64,000 nt of DNA from an uncultured Bacteroidota bacterium (GCA_902581145.1 CACHNE010000002.1:19531-83530); one strand, 5' to 3'; positions 49,068 to 60,086 are shown, numbered from the stretch's first letter. Notes: generated from the letters alone by a model not told the origin. Numbers and translations are program-made.

Positions 49068-49637
49068 CTACCTTCTTCTCATATTATTTCTGCCAAAATG
49101 TTGGTTTGGTATGTTTGTTTTTTTCATTTGATTTTTCATCATTTTTATTTGATCTTTCATCATACCATTTTTATCTAAATCTTGAGCTTCTTTAAGTAGC
49201 TTTTGGGCTTCTATTTTTCTTCTCTTCGAAAATAATATTCCTGCTAGATTTAATTTAGCCATTGCTAAATCATGATCCATATTTAAACCCAATGTTATCG
49301 CTGTTCGAAAATATTTCTCAGCTTGATTCATGTTTTCTTGTGAAATAATTAACCCTTTCAAATAATTATAATATCCTTGTTGCTTGGTTGTTAAAGCTGA
49401 TTTAGGATTTTTAATTCTATTTAACCACTTATCAGCACCAACTAAATTCTGTTTTCTAAGCTGAAAAAAAGCTAAGATTAAAAATTCATTTTTAAAATAT
49501 AGAAGAACGAATAAAAGTGATAGTAAAATTAGCATTATTCCATTTCCTGTTGATCCTACAGCTCCATCAATGAATTGTTGAATTGACAAAGCAAAAACTG
49601 CGATTGCTAATACTATTTTAATATACTTGTTAAACAT
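49068..49637 (-). CDS. hypothetical membrane protein with TPR-like C-terminal half
   Basis: 189 aa. Two or three N-terminal TM helices, helical-repeat region, basic M/K/Q-rich tail. Confidence 0.55.
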   Translation of the reverse strand: MFNKYIKIVLAIAVFALSIQQFIDGAVGSTGNGIMLILLSLLFVLLYFKNEFLILAFFQLRKQNLVGADKWLNRIKNPKSALTTKQQGYYNYLKGLIISQENMNQAEKYFRTAITLGLNMDHDLAMAKLNLAGILFSKRRKIEAQKLLKEAQDLDKNGMMKDQIKMMKNQMKKTNIPNQHFGRNNMRRR

Positions 49638-49705
49638 TTTAATTTCGGATTAAAAATTCGCCTAAAATTAATAAAAAACAATTTGATAATAATTAAATAA
49701 ATTGA

Positions 49706-49736
49706 TTTGTTTAAGTAAAAAGTCTTTGTATATTTG
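49706..49736 (+). promoter_or_regulatory. Bacteroidetes-type sigma-A promoter of rpmH
   Basis: TTTG (49706..49709), 19-nt spacer, TAtaTTTG (49729..49736). Full match to the TTTG-N19-TAnnTTTG consensus, 38 nt upstream of the ATG. Confidence 0.7.
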
Positions 49737-49773
49737 CCCGCAGTTTTAGTTTTAAAACGTTAATATTTAAAAG

Positions 49774-49932
49774 ATGAGCAAAAGAACTTTTCAGCCTTCA
49801 AAGCGTAAAAGAAAAAATAAGCACGGTTTCAGAGAAAGAATGTCTACCGCTGCTGGAAGAAAGGTGCTTTCCAGAAGGAGAGCTAAGGGCAGAAAGAAAC
49901 TTTCAGTTTCATCGGAAAATAGCCCGAAATAA
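49774..49932 (+). CDS. rpmH: 50S ribosomal protein L34
   Basis: Not in the track (52 aa). [52 protein letters not shown]. Preceded by a consensus promoter and followed by a strong terminator. Confidence 0.93.
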   Translation: MSKRTFQPSKRKRKNKHGFRERMSTAAGRKVLSRRRAKGRKKLSVSSENSPK

Positions 49933-49961
49933 AATGATTAACAATTGTTAATATATAATAT

Positions 49962-49991
49962 GGTGTTACTTACAGTAACACCTTTTTTTTT
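49962..49991 (+). terminator. intrinsic terminator after rpmH
   Basis: Stem ggtgttact (49962..49970) / agtaacacc (49974..49982), short loop, then T9. Confidence 0.85.
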
Positions 49992-50028
49992 ATTTTTTTG
50001 ATTAGTACATTTAAAAAACTTTAATTCA

Positions 50029-52881
50029 ATGCCGAAAGATTCTAACCTCAAATCACTTTTAATAATAGGCTCTGGACCAATAGTTATAGGTCAAGCATGT
50101 GAATTTGATTATTCAGGTTCCCAAGCTCTGAGATCTCTTAAAGAAGATGGAATAGAGACAATTTTGATAAACTCTAATCCTGCAACGATTATGACTGATC
50201 CAGTGATGGCTGATCATATATATCTATTACCACTTACTACTTCTTCTATTGTTAAAATTTTAAAAGAACATCCTCAAATTGATGCTGTGTTGCCAACCAT
50301 GGGAGGTCAAACTGCATTAAATCTTTGTATTGAGGCTGACGATAAAGGAATATGGGATGATTTTGATGTAAAAATTATTGGGGTTGATATCAATGCAATT
50401 AATATTACTGAAGATAGAGAGCAGTTTAGGAATTTAATGTTAGACATTGGAATTCCTATGGCACCTCAAGCTACCGCTACTTCATATCTCAAGGGGAAAG
50501 AAATTGCTCAAAAATTTGGATTTCCTCTGGTAATTAGAGCATCATTTACCCTTGGTGGAACCGGTGCTTCTTTTGTATATGAAGAAAAAGATTTCGACGA
50601 ACTATTGACTAGGGGATTAGAAACGTCCCCAATTCATGAAGTCATGATTGATAAAGCATTAATAGGATGGAAAGAGTACGAATTGGAGCTTTTAAGGGAT
50701 GCAAATGATAATGTTGTTATAATATGTTCCATTGAAAATATGGATCCGATGGGAATTCACACTGGAGACTCGATCACGGTTGCACCTGCGATGACATTAA
50801 GTGATACCACTTATCAAAAAATGCGAGATATGGCAATTAAAATGATGAGAAGTATTGGAGATTTTGCGGGTGGTTGTAATGTTCAATTTGCAGTAAGCCC
50901 TGACGATAAAGAGGATATAATCGCTATTGAGATTAACCCACGAGTGTCTAGGTCCTCAGCTTTAGCTAGTAAAGCTACCGGATATCCTATTGCAAAAATC
51001 GCTGCTAAGTTGGCAATTGGATATAATCTAGATGAACTTCAAAATCAGATTACTAAATCTACTTCTGCACTTTTCGAGCCAACTCTTGATTACGTTATAG
51101 TAAAAATACCAAGATGGAATTTTGATAAGTTTGAAGGAAGTGATAGAAGACTAGGGCTTCAGATGAAAGCTGTTGGTGAAGTTATGGGTATTGGAAGATC
51201 TTTTCAGGAAGCATTACACAAAGCGACACAATCACTTGAGATAAAAAGAAATGGGCTAGGAGCTGATGGTAAGGGTGTTACCGATTACGAAACTATTATT
51301 TCAAAATTATCAATTGCATCGTGGGATAGAGTTTTTGTTATTTATGACGCTATTCAAATGGGAATTCCACTAAGTAGAATTTATGAATTGACCAAAATTG
51401 ATATGTGGTTCTTAAAACAATATGAAGAGCTTCATATTTTAAAGAACGAAATTGCTAATTATAAGATTGAATCAATACCCAGAGATTTATTGCTAGAAGC
51501 AAAACAAAAGGGTTATGGGGATAGGCAAATTGCCCATATCCTTGGATGTCTTGAAAGCCAAGTTTATTCAAAAAGAGATGAAATGAACATAAATAGGGTT
51601 TATAAGTTAGTAGATACTTGTGCAGCAGAGTTTAAAGCCTTTACACCCTACTATTACTCAACTTTTGAAAACGAAATTGAAACAAAAGACGGTTCTAAAT
51701 ATTCTGAAAATGAAAGTGTTGTTTCTGAAAAGAAAAAAATTATAGTTCTTGGCTCAGGACCTAATAGAATAGGTCAGGGAATAGAATTTGACTACTGTTG
51801 CGTACATGGAATTTTAGCAAGTTCAGAATGTGGCTATGAAACAATAATGATTAATTGTAATCCAGAAACGGTTTCAACAGATTTTGATATAGCTGACAAA
51901 CTGTATTTTGAGCCAGTTTTTTGGGAGCATATATATGATATAATTAGACATGAAAAACCCGAGGGAGTTATTGTTCAGTTAGGTGGTCAAACTGCTTTAA
52001 AATTAGCTGAGAAACTAGAAAGGTATGGTATTAAGATTATTGGCACTAATTTCAAATCTTTGGATTTAGCAGAGGATAGAGGCTCTTTCTCTACTCTTTT
52101 AAAGGATAATGATATTCCCTATCCGATGTTCGATACTGCATCCACTGCAGACGAAGCACTGGCTGTTGCGGAAAAACTAGACTTCCCAATTCTTGTAAGA
52201 CCTTCATATGTTTTGGGTGGTCAAGGAATGAAAATTGTTATAAATAAAGAAGAGTTAGAGGAGCATGTGGTTAATCTTTTAAGAAGAATTCCTGATAATA
52301 AACTTCTTTTAGATCATTATCTAGATGGAGCAATAGAAGCTGAGGCAGATGCAATTTGTGATGGTAAGGATGTATATATAATTGGTATTATGGAACATAT
52401 AGAGCCATGCGGAATCCATTCAGGAGATAGTAATGCTTGTTTACCTCCATTCAATCTTGGAGATTTAGTGATTCAACAAATTGAAGATCACACTAAAAAA
52501 ATTGCTAAGGCATTAAATACTGTTGGTTTAATTAATGTTCAATTTGCTATTGTAAATGATAAGGTATATATAATTGAAGCTAACCCGCGTGCCTCAAGAA
52601 CAGTTCCTTTCATCTCAAAAGCTTACAAAGAGCCTTATGTGAATTATGCAACAAAAGTTATGCTTGGTGAAAATAAAGTAAAGGATTTTGATTTTAAACC
52701 AACATATACTGGGTATGCAATTAAAGAACCTGTTTTTTCTTTTAGTAAATTCCCTAATGTCAATAAAAAACTTGGCCCTGAAATGAAAAGTACAGGGGAA
52801 AGCATATTATTTATTGATAGTTTACAAGATGACAAATTTTACGAGTTGTATTCAAGAAGGAAAATGTACTTAAGTAAATAG
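50029..52881 (+). CDS. carB: carbamoyl-phosphate synthase large subunit
   Basis: 950 aa. Duplicated ATP-grasp halves (IIGSGPIVIGQACEFDYSG and VLGSGPNRIGQGIEFDYC). Confidence 0.97.
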   Translation: MPKDSNLKSLLIIGSGPIVIGQACEFDYSGSQALRSLKEDGIETILINSNPATIMTDPVMADHIYLLPLTTSSIVKILKEHPQIDAVLPTMGGQTALNLCIEADDKGIWDDFDVKIIGVDINAINITEDREQFRNLMLDIGIPMAPQATATSYLKGKEIAQKFGFPLVIRASFTLGGTGASFVYEEKDFDELLTRGLETSPIHEVMIDKALIGWKEYELELLRDANDNVVIICSIENMDPMGIHTGDSITVAPAMTLSDTTYQKMRDMAIKMMRSIGDFAGGCNVQFAVSPDDKEDIIAIEINPRVSRSSALASKATGYPIAKIAAKLAIGYNLDELQNQITKSTSALFEPTLDYVIVKIPRWNFDKFEGSDRRLGLQMKAVGEVMGIGRSFQEALHKATQSLEIKRNGLGADGKGVTDYETIISKLSIASWDRVFVIYDAIQMGIPLSRIYELTKIDMWFLKQYEELHILKNEIANYKIESIPRDLLLEAKQKGYGDRQIAHILGCLESQVYSKRDEMNINRVYKLVDTCAAEFKAFTPYYYSTFENEIETKDGSKYSENESVVSEKKKIIVLGSGPNRIGQGIEFDYCCVHGILASSECGYETIMINCNPETVSTDFDIADKLYFEPVFWEHIYDIIRHEKPEGVIVQLGGQTALKLAEKLERYGIKIIGTNFKSLDLAEDRGSFSTLLKDNDIPYPMFDTASTADEALAVAEKLDFPILVRPSYVLGGQGMKIVINKEELEEHVVNLLRRIPDNKLLLDHYLDGAIEAEADAICDGKDVYIIGIMEHIEPCGIHSGDSNACLPPFNLGDLVIQQIEDHTKKIAKALNTVGLINVQFAIVNDKVYIIEANPRASRTVPFISKAYKEPYVNYATKVMLGENKVKDFDFKPTYTGYAIKEPVFSFSKFPNVNKKLGPEMKSTGESILFIDSLQDDKFYELYSRRKMYLSK

Positions 52882-52932
52882 AATTAAACTCTCTCTTTCA
52901 TATTTCTGTAAATTAATTGTAAATTGTTAGTT

Positions 52933-54045
52933 ATGGATATAATCATATTAGTTTTACTGATTTTTGTTTCTTTAATACTTATTTATTTAATTTTTAAGTC
53001 TAACTCAGCTTCAGGATCAATTGAAGCTAATGACTTGATGAACTTTTCAAATAGTTTAAATTCTCAAATACAAGACATAAGAAAGGAAATCAGCAGTAAT
53101 TCTAAAGAAAGCAGAAACGAAATTGAAGCAAAACTAAATACAATTAATAAACAAATTAATGATTTCCATAAGTCATCATCAGAATCAATTACACAGCAAT
53201 TTAAAGAGTCAAATAAGGTTATAAAAGACGTAACAACTGAGTTAGAAAAAATAAAAGGAACTAACCAGCAGGTTTTGAGTTTTGCTAATCAAATGAAAAC
53301 CCTTGAAAAAATTCTTGGTAACCAGAAACAAAGAGGTGTTTTAGGTGAAATACAGCTTGAAAACTTATTGGCTAATGTATTGCCTCCTGAACTTTTTAAA
53401 ATGCAGCATAGTTTTTCTAACAAGGAAACAGTCGATGCTATTGTTAGAGTTGGAGAATTTATTATTCCAATTGACGCTAAGTTCTCACTTGATAATTATA
53501 ATAAAATGATTGAGTCAGAGAATAAAGATGAGTTAATCGATTTAGAAAAAAAATTTAAATCTGATATCAAAAATAGAATAGATGAAACTGCTAAATATAT
53601 TAGGCCAAATGAAAAAACAACGGATTATGCTTACATGTTTATTCCAGCTGATGGTTTGTATCAGGATTTGCTTAACAGCAGAGTAGGTTCCCTAAAGATT
53701 AATCAAAGAGACCTGGTTAACTATGCATATGAAAAAAAGGTAATGATAGTTTCACCAATGAGTTTATTTCCAATGTTGCAAATAACTGTGAAAGCTCTGC
53801 ATAATATGAAAGTTGAAGATTCAATTAATGATATAATTAAAAATGTTGAAAAGCTCTCGAATCATTTGAATGCATATAAAACATATCATGACAAATTAGG
53901 TAATACTTTAGGTACAGCCGTCAACCATTATAATGATAGTACTAAAGAATTTAAAAAAATCGACAAAGATATTATCAGAATTTCAGGCACCTCAAAATTA
54001 GAAATTGATACAGAATTAATTGATAAGCCTAATTCAGAAGATTAG
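52933..54045 (+). CDS. rmuC: DNA recombination protein RmuC
   Basis: ATG at 52933 (track TTG at 52924). N-terminal TM helix, coiled coil, RmuC nuclease-like core (RGVLGEIQLENLL, IPIDAKF, MFIPADG). Confidence 0.88.
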   Translation: MDIIILVLLIFVSLILIYLIFKSNSASGSIEANDLMNFSNSLNSQIQDIRKEISSNSKESRNEIEAKLNTINKQINDFHKSSSESITQQFKESNKVIKDVTTELEKIKGTNQQVLSFANQMKTLEKILGNQKQRGVLGEIQLENLLANVLPPELFKMQHSFSNKETVDAIVRVGEFIIPIDAKFSLDNYNKMIESENKDELIDLEKKFKSDIKNRIDETAKYIRPNEKTTDYAYMFIPADGLYQDLLNSRVGSLKINQRDLVNYAYEKKVMIVSPMSLFPMLQITVKALHNMKVEDSINDIIKNVEKLSNHLNAYKTYHDKLGNTLGTAVNHYNDSTKEFKKIDKDIIRISGTSKLEIDTELIDKPNSED

Positions 54046-54539
54046 CTAGCTGATTTAGGTAAAATTGAGGAAATCTTTCTAAAAGAGAATTTAAATAAGT
54101 ATCCAAAAAATAAATCTCCGGCAATTGAATACCCGAAAAAAGGTATCGCCATAGTATAACAAAGTAGAAGACCTTCTAAATTTTTAGGATAACCTAAAAT
54201 CCATACACCAAAATTAGAAATCAAAAAGAAAAGAAAACTTGCAAGTAAAATATTACCAAACTTAATAGATTTAATTTGGGAGCCCAATAAAACTACTGAA
54301 ATAAAACCTAGGTAAACAAATAAATTTATAATTGATATTCCAATTATTAAATCCGATAAAAATAAAATCAAAAGGGGAATTGAAAAAGCTACTCTTTTAT
54401 CATTAAAATTAAGTCCACCGAATAATGCAATTGCGGTCACTGGAGAAAAATTAGGAGGGTGGGGAATAAGCCTGCAGAGGAATCCGAAAATTATAATTAA
54501 AAGTACTATTTTTTGAAACTTATTATATTTAATTTCCAT
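54042..54539 (-). CDS. DUF6580-like polytopic membrane protein (putative transporter component)
   Basis: 165 aa. RLIPHPPNFSPVTAIALFGG motif and about five TM helices. Family name from memory. Confidence 0.6.
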   Translation of the reverse strand: MEIKYNKFQKIVLLIIIFGFLCRLIPHPPNFSPVTAIALFGGLNFNDKRVAFSIPLLILFLSDLIIGISIINLFVYLGFISVVLLGSQIKSIKFGNILLASFLFFLISNFGVWILGYPKNLEGLLLCYTMAIPFFGYSIAGDLFFGYLFKFSFRKISSILPKSAS

Positions 54540-55974
54540 CTTTAATTTTTATCTCTTTGTTTTCAATATACATCTCTCTCTTTAGAAAATCAAATTTAAA
54601 ATTATCGTCAACAAATTCTAGTGTTTCAGGTTGTATATTTATTTCTGCTCTTGAATTTATTAATCCCATTGCAAAGTTCAGCATTGGTTCATTTAAATCA
54701 CCAATAATCCCCATATTATATACCTTCTCCTCAAAATCGTATTCAGGATTAATGCCGTTAAAGTAATCTGTTATTCCTAATACATTTAATGTTTTAAGTA
54801 CCAAGGGTTGTATTGCATAGTTGTGTGAAGGATTAATATTTTGATTCGAAAAATTCTCTGAATCATACAAAGTTACTGAAGCTTGATATTTTCCATATGT
54901 TGTTGTGCCTATTTGAATTACATCTATATATGGATCTAAACAGTTAATAATTAATTCGCTTGCTGATGCAGAAGATCTAGTTGTAAGTATAAATACTCTA
55001 TTTAAATTTAAACTACTCTCCAGACTTAGAAATCTATTCACTAGATACTCTGGGTTATTATTAATCCAGTAGTTTTGAATTTCCGTGTTCCATTCCTCAG
55101 TGTTAAAAATATCATTTTCAAATTGGCCTGTAATTAGGCTCGCTAAAATTAAGGCCGAATTAATACTTCCTCCGGGGTTATACCTAAGATCTAAAATTAG
55201 TTCATTTACAGAGTTTGATTTGTATTCAGAAAAAATCGATTCTAAATATTGATCATAGTTTGAAACAAATTGGTTGTACATCAAATATCCAATTTTACCA
55301 TTGGAAGAATTTAAAATTGAATAGTGATGTACTGGGTTTTTAAGCAGTTGAGTTTTTTGAATTTCAATATTTATATTATTAAACTCTACAATGTCATCAT
55401 TTATATCATTAGTATTATTATTTAAATAGCTGGCAAAATTTAAAGTGTAGATTTCTTGAGACAAAAGATCACTGTAATTATCAATTGTTAGATTAATTCC
55501 ATTAACCCCTCTGAAAATATCACCTCTTTGTATATTGGCAATATCAGCCGAAGACCCTTCATTTACATATCTAACAAAACCAAATATTTCATTATTTGAA
55601 TTTGGTATATAACTCAATCCATAATTAAGGCCATTTGAAATAGAAGATCCGGATAAGTATTGTTCTAATTCAATGTAATTATCAACTATAACACTAAATT
55701 TATCAATACTCTCTCTTTCATAAATCAGTGATTCAAATAATTGTTCAGGATATTCATAACCGTTTAAATAACTTGCATATTCTTCTGAGTCATTAAATCT
55801 ATCATTAGATAAATCAATTATATCTGACTTGTATAAGTATGCAGCATTCATACCTTTCCAAATAAAATCATTTATTTCACTTGCATATGCTCCATTATCA
55901 TCGTCATCTTCAAAGCAACTTAAAAAAATGAAAGGGATAAATAACAGGAATAAAAATTTAGTTGATTTCATCAA
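54529..55974 (-). CDS. S41-family (C-terminal processing type) peptidase lipoprotein
   Basis: 481 aa. Lipobox FLSC; DLRYNPGGS and TRSSASASELIIN blocks. Confidence 0.8.
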   Translation of the reverse strand: MMKSTKFLFLLFIPFIFLSCFEDDDDNGAYASEINDFIWKGMNAAYLYKSDIIDLSNDRFNDSEEYASYLNGYEYPEQLFESLIYERESIDKFSVIVDNYIELEQYLSGSSISNGLNYGLSYIPNSNNEIFGFVRYVNEGSSADIANIQRGDIFRGVNGINLTIDNYSDLLSQEIYTLNFASYLNNNTNDINDDIVEFNNINIEIQKTQLLKNPVHHYSILNSSNGKIGYLMYNQFVSNYDQYLESIFSEYKSNSVNELILDLRYNPGGSINSALILASLITGQFENDIFNTEEWNTEIQNYWINNNPEYLVNRFLSLESSLNLNRVFILTTRSSASASELIINCLDPYIDVIQIGTTTYGKYQASVTLYDSENFSNQNINPSHNYAIQPLVLKTLNVLGITDYFNGINPEYDFEEKVYNMGIIGDLNEPMLNFAMGLINSRAEINIQPETLEFVDDNFKFDFLKREMYIENKEIKIKDGN

Positions 55975-55980
55975 TTAAAT

Positions 55981-57327
55981 TTAGTGAATTCCTGTAAAGT
56001 TTTCTGGTGTTATATTTTTTAATTCTGATTTTACAGACTTTTCAACTTTTAAGGAATCGATAAATTTGTGTATGCTTTTCTTATCAATTTTTTTATTTGT
56101 TCTTGTCAAATCCTTTAATGCTTCATAAGGCTCTGGATAATTAATTCTTCTTAAAATAGTTTGAATTGCTTCAGCTACAACAGCCCAATTATTATCTAGG
56201 TCTTCTTTAATCTTAGACTCATTTACAATTAGTTTACTTATACCCTTAATTGTTGACTTAAATGCAATTAGTGTGTGAGATATGGGCACCCCGATATTTC
56301 TTAATACTGTACTATCTGTAAGATCTCTTTGTAATCTTGAAATCGGTAATTTTTCTGAAAGATGACTAAATATACAATTGGCATAGCCTAAATTTCCTTC
56401 ACTATTCTCAAAATCTATCGGATTAACTTTATGGGGCATAGCTGAACTGCCAATTTCTCCTTTTTTGATTTTTTGTTTGAAGTAATCCATTGAAATGTAG
56501 CTCCATATATCCCTGTTAAAATCAATCAAAATGGTATTTATTCTTTTCAAATTATCAAAAATTGCAGCAAGGTTATCATAATGTTCAATTTGGGTAGTAG
56601 GGAAAGAATGCTTCAGACCGAATTTTTTTTCTATTAAATTCTTAGAAAACTCAAGCCAATCATAATCTTTGTATGCAACATGATGTGCATTAAAATTTCC
56701 AGTTGCACCACCAAATTTTGCTGAAATTGGAATTTTTTTAAGAAGATTTAATTGTTCGTTAATTCTTACAATAAATACTTTTATTTCTTTACCAAGTTTG
56801 GTAGGAGATGCTACTTGACCATGAGTTCTTGCAATCATTGAAATATCTTTCCATTCATCTGAAATTCTTTCTAGCGATTTTAAAAGTGTATCCAAAGAAT
56901 TAAAATAAACTTGCTCAAACATTTCTTTTAAGCTAAGTGGTATAGCAGTATTATTAATATCTTGCGAGGTTAATCCAAAGTGAATAAACTCTTTATACTT
57001 TTCTATATCTAATATTATAAATTTCTCTTTTAGGAAATATTCAATTGCCTTTACATCATGGTTAGTTATTTCTTCAACCTCTTTAATTTGCATAGCGTCT
57101 TTGTCTGAGAAATTGAGATAGATTTCTCTTAAAGAACTGAATTTAGTTGCATCAAAATCTTTTAATTCAGGAATTCCAGACTCACACAGGCTAATAAAAT
57201 ATTCGATTTCAACAACCAATCTGTATTTAATTAATGCTTTTTCTGAAAAAAAACCATTAAGCTCAGATGTTTTTGAAGCGTATCTACCGTCAATTGGAGA
57301 AATTGCATTTAAATTATGTTCACCCAT
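55981..57327 (-). CDS. purB: adenylosuccinate lyase
   Basis: ATG at 57327 (track TTG at 57351). AISPIDGRY, TSQDINNT, GSSAMPHKVNP signature. Confidence 0.95.
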   Translation of the reverse strand: MGEHNLNAISPIDGRYASKTSELNGFFSEKALIKYRLVVEIEYFISLCESGIPELKDFDATKFSSLREIYLNFSDKDAMQIKEVEEITNHDVKAIEYFLKEKFIILDIEKYKEFIHFGLTSQDINNTAIPLSLKEMFEQVYFNSLDTLLKSLERISDEWKDISMIARTHGQVASPTKLGKEIKVFIVRINEQLNLLKKIPISAKFGGATGNFNAHHVAYKDYDWLEFSKNLIEKKFGLKHSFPTTQIEHYDNLAAIFDNLKRINTILIDFNRDIWSYISMDYFKQKIKKGEIGSSAMPHKVNPIDFENSEGNLGYANCIFSHLSEKLPISRLQRDLTDSTVLRNIGVPISHTLIAFKSTIKGISKLIVNESKIKEDLDNNWAVVAEAIQTILRRINYPEPYEALKDLTRTNKKIDKKSIHKFIDSLKVEKSVKSELKNITPENFTGIH

Positions 57328-57414
57328 TGTTGAAATGTTAAAGATTTGCAAAGTTAATCAAATTATTACATATTATGGTTAATTTTGCTCATCTTACAAG
57401 ATAACCGATATTAT

Positions 57415-58203
57415 ATGATTGTAGTCTCGAATTTATTTTCAAAAACATTTAATGCATTAAAAGGCCACTGGTTCCAAGCTATATGTGTTTTTTTCGTCTT
57501 CAATCTGATGATTGGTGTAGTTCAGGCAATCCCTGGAATTGGAGGTTTCTTAAGCTTAATAATAAGTGGACCATTGACCGTTGGGATTTGTGTATATTCT
57601 TTAAATATTATTCGAGATAATTTCCCCAAGGCTGAAGATTTAATTTTTGGTTTTAAATTTAACTTGGGTAATGGAATTTTAGCATATTTCATTTTAATCC
57701 CTATTATACTTGTTTCAGGTTTTGTTTTGATGATTTTGTTCCTTGCCATAAATTTTTCCATTTACCTTTTAATTTTATCTGTTTATTACTCTCAATCTTA
57801 TGAAGCTTTTACATTATCTATGGATTGGGAAGCTCTATTAAGTCCATTTAGATTATTTTTTGATCTTGGTATACTTAACTCAATTTTAATGGTTTTATTT
57901 TTAGTCATAAGTTTCTGTTTTTCTTTAATTCTTCCTTGGATTATTGTTTCCATCCCTTTTGCAATGACATTTTATATAATGGCAGAGGATACTTCGACTG
58001 ATGCTTGGGATGCAATTCAACAAAGCTGGAAGATGATGAAAGGATTCAAAAGAAGCTATCTGTGGCTAAATGTTATATTGCTATTGATGATGATACCAAT
58101 TTCAATATTTACATTATTTATTGGTCTTCTATGGTTTATCCCTTTTTCTTTTGTTATAACAGCAATATTTTATGAAGAAATAAAATCACAATCTCAGGGG
58201 TAA
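57415..58203 (+). CDS. DUF975-like integral membrane protein
   Basis: ATG at 57415 (the track ORF starts 10 codons upstream). ALKGHWFQAI N-terminus and multiple TM helices. Confidence 0.6.
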   Translation: MIVVSNLFSKTFNALKGHWFQAICVFFVFNLMIGVVQAIPGIGGFLSLIISGPLTVGICVYSLNIIRDNFPKAEDLIFGFKFNLGNGILAYFILIPIILVSGFVLMILFLAINFSIYLLILSVYYSQSYEAFTLSMDWEALLSPFRLFFDLGILNSILMVLFLVISFCFSLILPWIIVSIPFAMTFYIMAEDTSTDAWDAIQQSWKMMKGFKRSYLWLNVILLLMMIPISIFTLFIGLLWFIPFSFVITAIFYEEIKSQSQG

Positions 58204-58220
58204 GAAACTCAGTTAATTGA

Positions 58221-58997
58221 CTAATTTTTTATTGTTTTGTTAAGAACTTTATACTCCTCGTAACATTCACTTATAGCATCCATAACTTGTAAGTCATTTG
58301 CTCTTGAAATAAATTCATCAGAATAGTTACATTGGGCTATTAAGAAATCAAGGTCAATTTTATCAATATCTAAAAGTTCAATAAGCATTTCTCTGTCAAA
58401 CCTATTAGATAGAGCATTTCTGATTTGATCATCACTCTTCATTTTTTTCAACTTTCTCAGTTGATTAGGTTCCCTTCCAAAAATTTGATAAAGAAAATCA
58501 ACAGGGTTAAATATGGCATTCAAAGCTTTTGTAACAGCTTTTGTTGGACGAACACTAGATTCATATCCAACATTTGGAAGACCAGAAATACTATATCTGT
58601 AGTTATTATTTATAGGTACCTGCTTGATATCTAATTCTAGATAACCTGTTAGTTTCATTTCATAAACAACTACTTCCTCTAAGGCTAAAGCTAACTCAGT
58701 AAGTTCTATTGTTGTATTGGTGCCAAAGTTAATCCAGTCATTTGTAACTCTAACCTTGATAGATTTATAACCTAAATATGAAAAATGTAAGGTGTCATTA
58801 ACTTGTGCATTAATATCAAATTTACCTTCTTTACTGGTTGCTGTACCGATAACTTTGTTAAGATTAACAATATTCACATTTTCTAGAGGAAGATTTGTTT
58901 TAGAATTTAGTATCGTACCACTAACAATTTTATCGTCCTGAGAAAAAAACGTATTTGTAAAAACGAAAAACAACAATAATAGAAATACCCTTTTCAT
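58221..58997 (-). CDS. carboxypeptidase-regulatory-like domain protein (exported)
   Basis: 258 aa. Signal peptide, then SGTILNSKTNLPLENVNIVN...FSYLGYKS (CarboxypepD_reg fold). C-terminal half unassigned. Confidence 0.6.
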   Translation of the reverse strand: MKRVFLLLLFFVFTNTFFSQDDKIVSGTILNSKTNLPLENVNIVNLNKVIGTATSKEGKFDINAQVNDTLHFSYLGYKSIKVRVTNDWINFGTNTTIELTELALALEEVVVYEMKLTGYLELDIKQVPINNNYRYSISGLPNVGYESSVRPTKAVTKALNAIFNPVDFLYQIFGREPNQLRKLKKMKSDDQIRNALSNRFDREMLIELLDIDKIDLDFLIAQCNYSDEFISRANDLQVMDAISECYEEYKVLNKTIKN

Positions 58998-59040
58998 ATT
59001 ATAAATATATACACTAATCAGACCAAACGTAATTTAAATA

Positions 59041-59622
59041 CTAATAAAGATTTGTTAAATAACCGATTAATTTATTTACAGCTCTTGCTCGATGTGCAAT
59101 TTTATTTTTCTCTTCTAAACTCATTTGTCCGAATGATATATTTTTATTTTCAGGAATGAAAATTGGATCATAACCGAATCCAAAATTTCCGCTCCTTTTA
59201 AAACCAATGTTTCCTTTGCAGATTCCTTCGAATGTTTGAATTTCCCCATTATTAAATAATGATATGACGGTTTTAAATTGAGCACTTCTATCTTGCTTAC
59301 CCTTCAGCATGTGTAGTAATTTATTAATATTATCATCAGAGCTAGCATTTTGCCCTGCAAATCTTTTTGAAAAAACCCCAGGCCTTCCATTCAATGCATT
59401 TACCTCTAACCCTGTATCGTCAGCAAAACAATCATATCCAGTCCTTTCTTTAACGAATCTAACTTTTGCAATAGAATTTTCAACTATTGTTTTTTTATCT
59501 TCTATTATTTCTTCGTGGAAACCGATATCATTTAATCCTAATATCTCATAAGTTCCTATTAGTTGATTTCTAACCTCTTTTACTTTATTTGCATTATGAG
59601 TTGCAAAAATTAATTTTTTCAT
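59041..59622 (-). CDS. rdgB: non-canonical purine NTP pyrophosphatase (RdgB/HAM1)
   Basis: 193 aa. ATHNANKVKE, DDTGLEV, GFGYDPIF. Confidence 0.9.
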   Translation of the reverse strand: MKKLIFATHNANKVKEVRNQLIGTYEILGLNDIGFHEEIIEDKKTIVENSIAKVRFVKERTGYDCFADDTGLEVNALNGRPGVFSKRFAGQNASSDDNINKLLHMLKGKQDRSAQFKTVISLFNNGEIQTFEGICKGNIGFKRSGNFGFGYDPIFIPENKNISFGQMSLEEKNKIAHRARAVNKLIGYLTNLY

Positions 59623-60086
59623 TTGTTGTGATAGGGAATATTATTATTAATAGTAAATGATCGATATAATTGTTCACAGAAAAATAATCTCGCCATATCG
59701 TGTGGAAAAGTTAGTTTTGACAATGAAATTTTAAAATTAAATATCTCTTTTAATTTTTTTGAAAAACCATAGGCTCCGCCTATTACAAAAGTTAAGTTTT
59801 TTGTTCTATCCATCATATTAGTTGATATTAAGTCTGCCAACTCATAACTTGAATACTCTTTTCCTTTTTCATCAAGCAAAACAACTGTATCTTTCTTGTT
59901 TATGTTTTTTAGAATTAAGTCACTTTCAGATTTTATTATTTGAGACTTTTCATTTGATTGGCTTTTATTTTTTAAACAAAACGTTGAAAATTTAACGAAA
60001 TGATTTATTTTTTTTTCATAATCATTTACTAATAATTCAATATTGTTATTTTTATTTCTACTTAAATAAATTAGCTTGATGTTCAT
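59619..60086 (-). CDS. rlmH: 23S rRNA (pseudouridine1915-N3)-methyltransferase RlmH
   Basis: ATG at 60086 gives MNIKLIYLS (the track ORF starts 11 codons upstream). SPOUT C-terminus FVIGGAYGF...LSLSKLTFPH. Confidence 0.88.
   Translation of the reverse strand: MNIKLIYLSRNKNNNIELLVNDYEKKINHFVKFSTFCLKNKSQSNEKSQIIKSESDLILKNINKKDTVVLLDEKGKEYSSYELADLISTNMMDRTKNLTFVIGGAYGFSKKLKEIFNFKISLSKLTFPHDMARLFFCEQLYRSFTINNNIPYHNK

Noticed and set aside
13830-49932. Possible replication origin, because recF, parA/parB and rpmH (origin-linked markers in many phyla) all fall within 36 kb
   Set aside because: No dnaA, dnaN or gyrB is present. No intergenic region exceeds 140 nt apart from the ORF-filled ribH-mutL gap. 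I saw no TTATCCACA-type DnaA boxes in any spacer. These genes are commonly dispersed in Bacteroidota.
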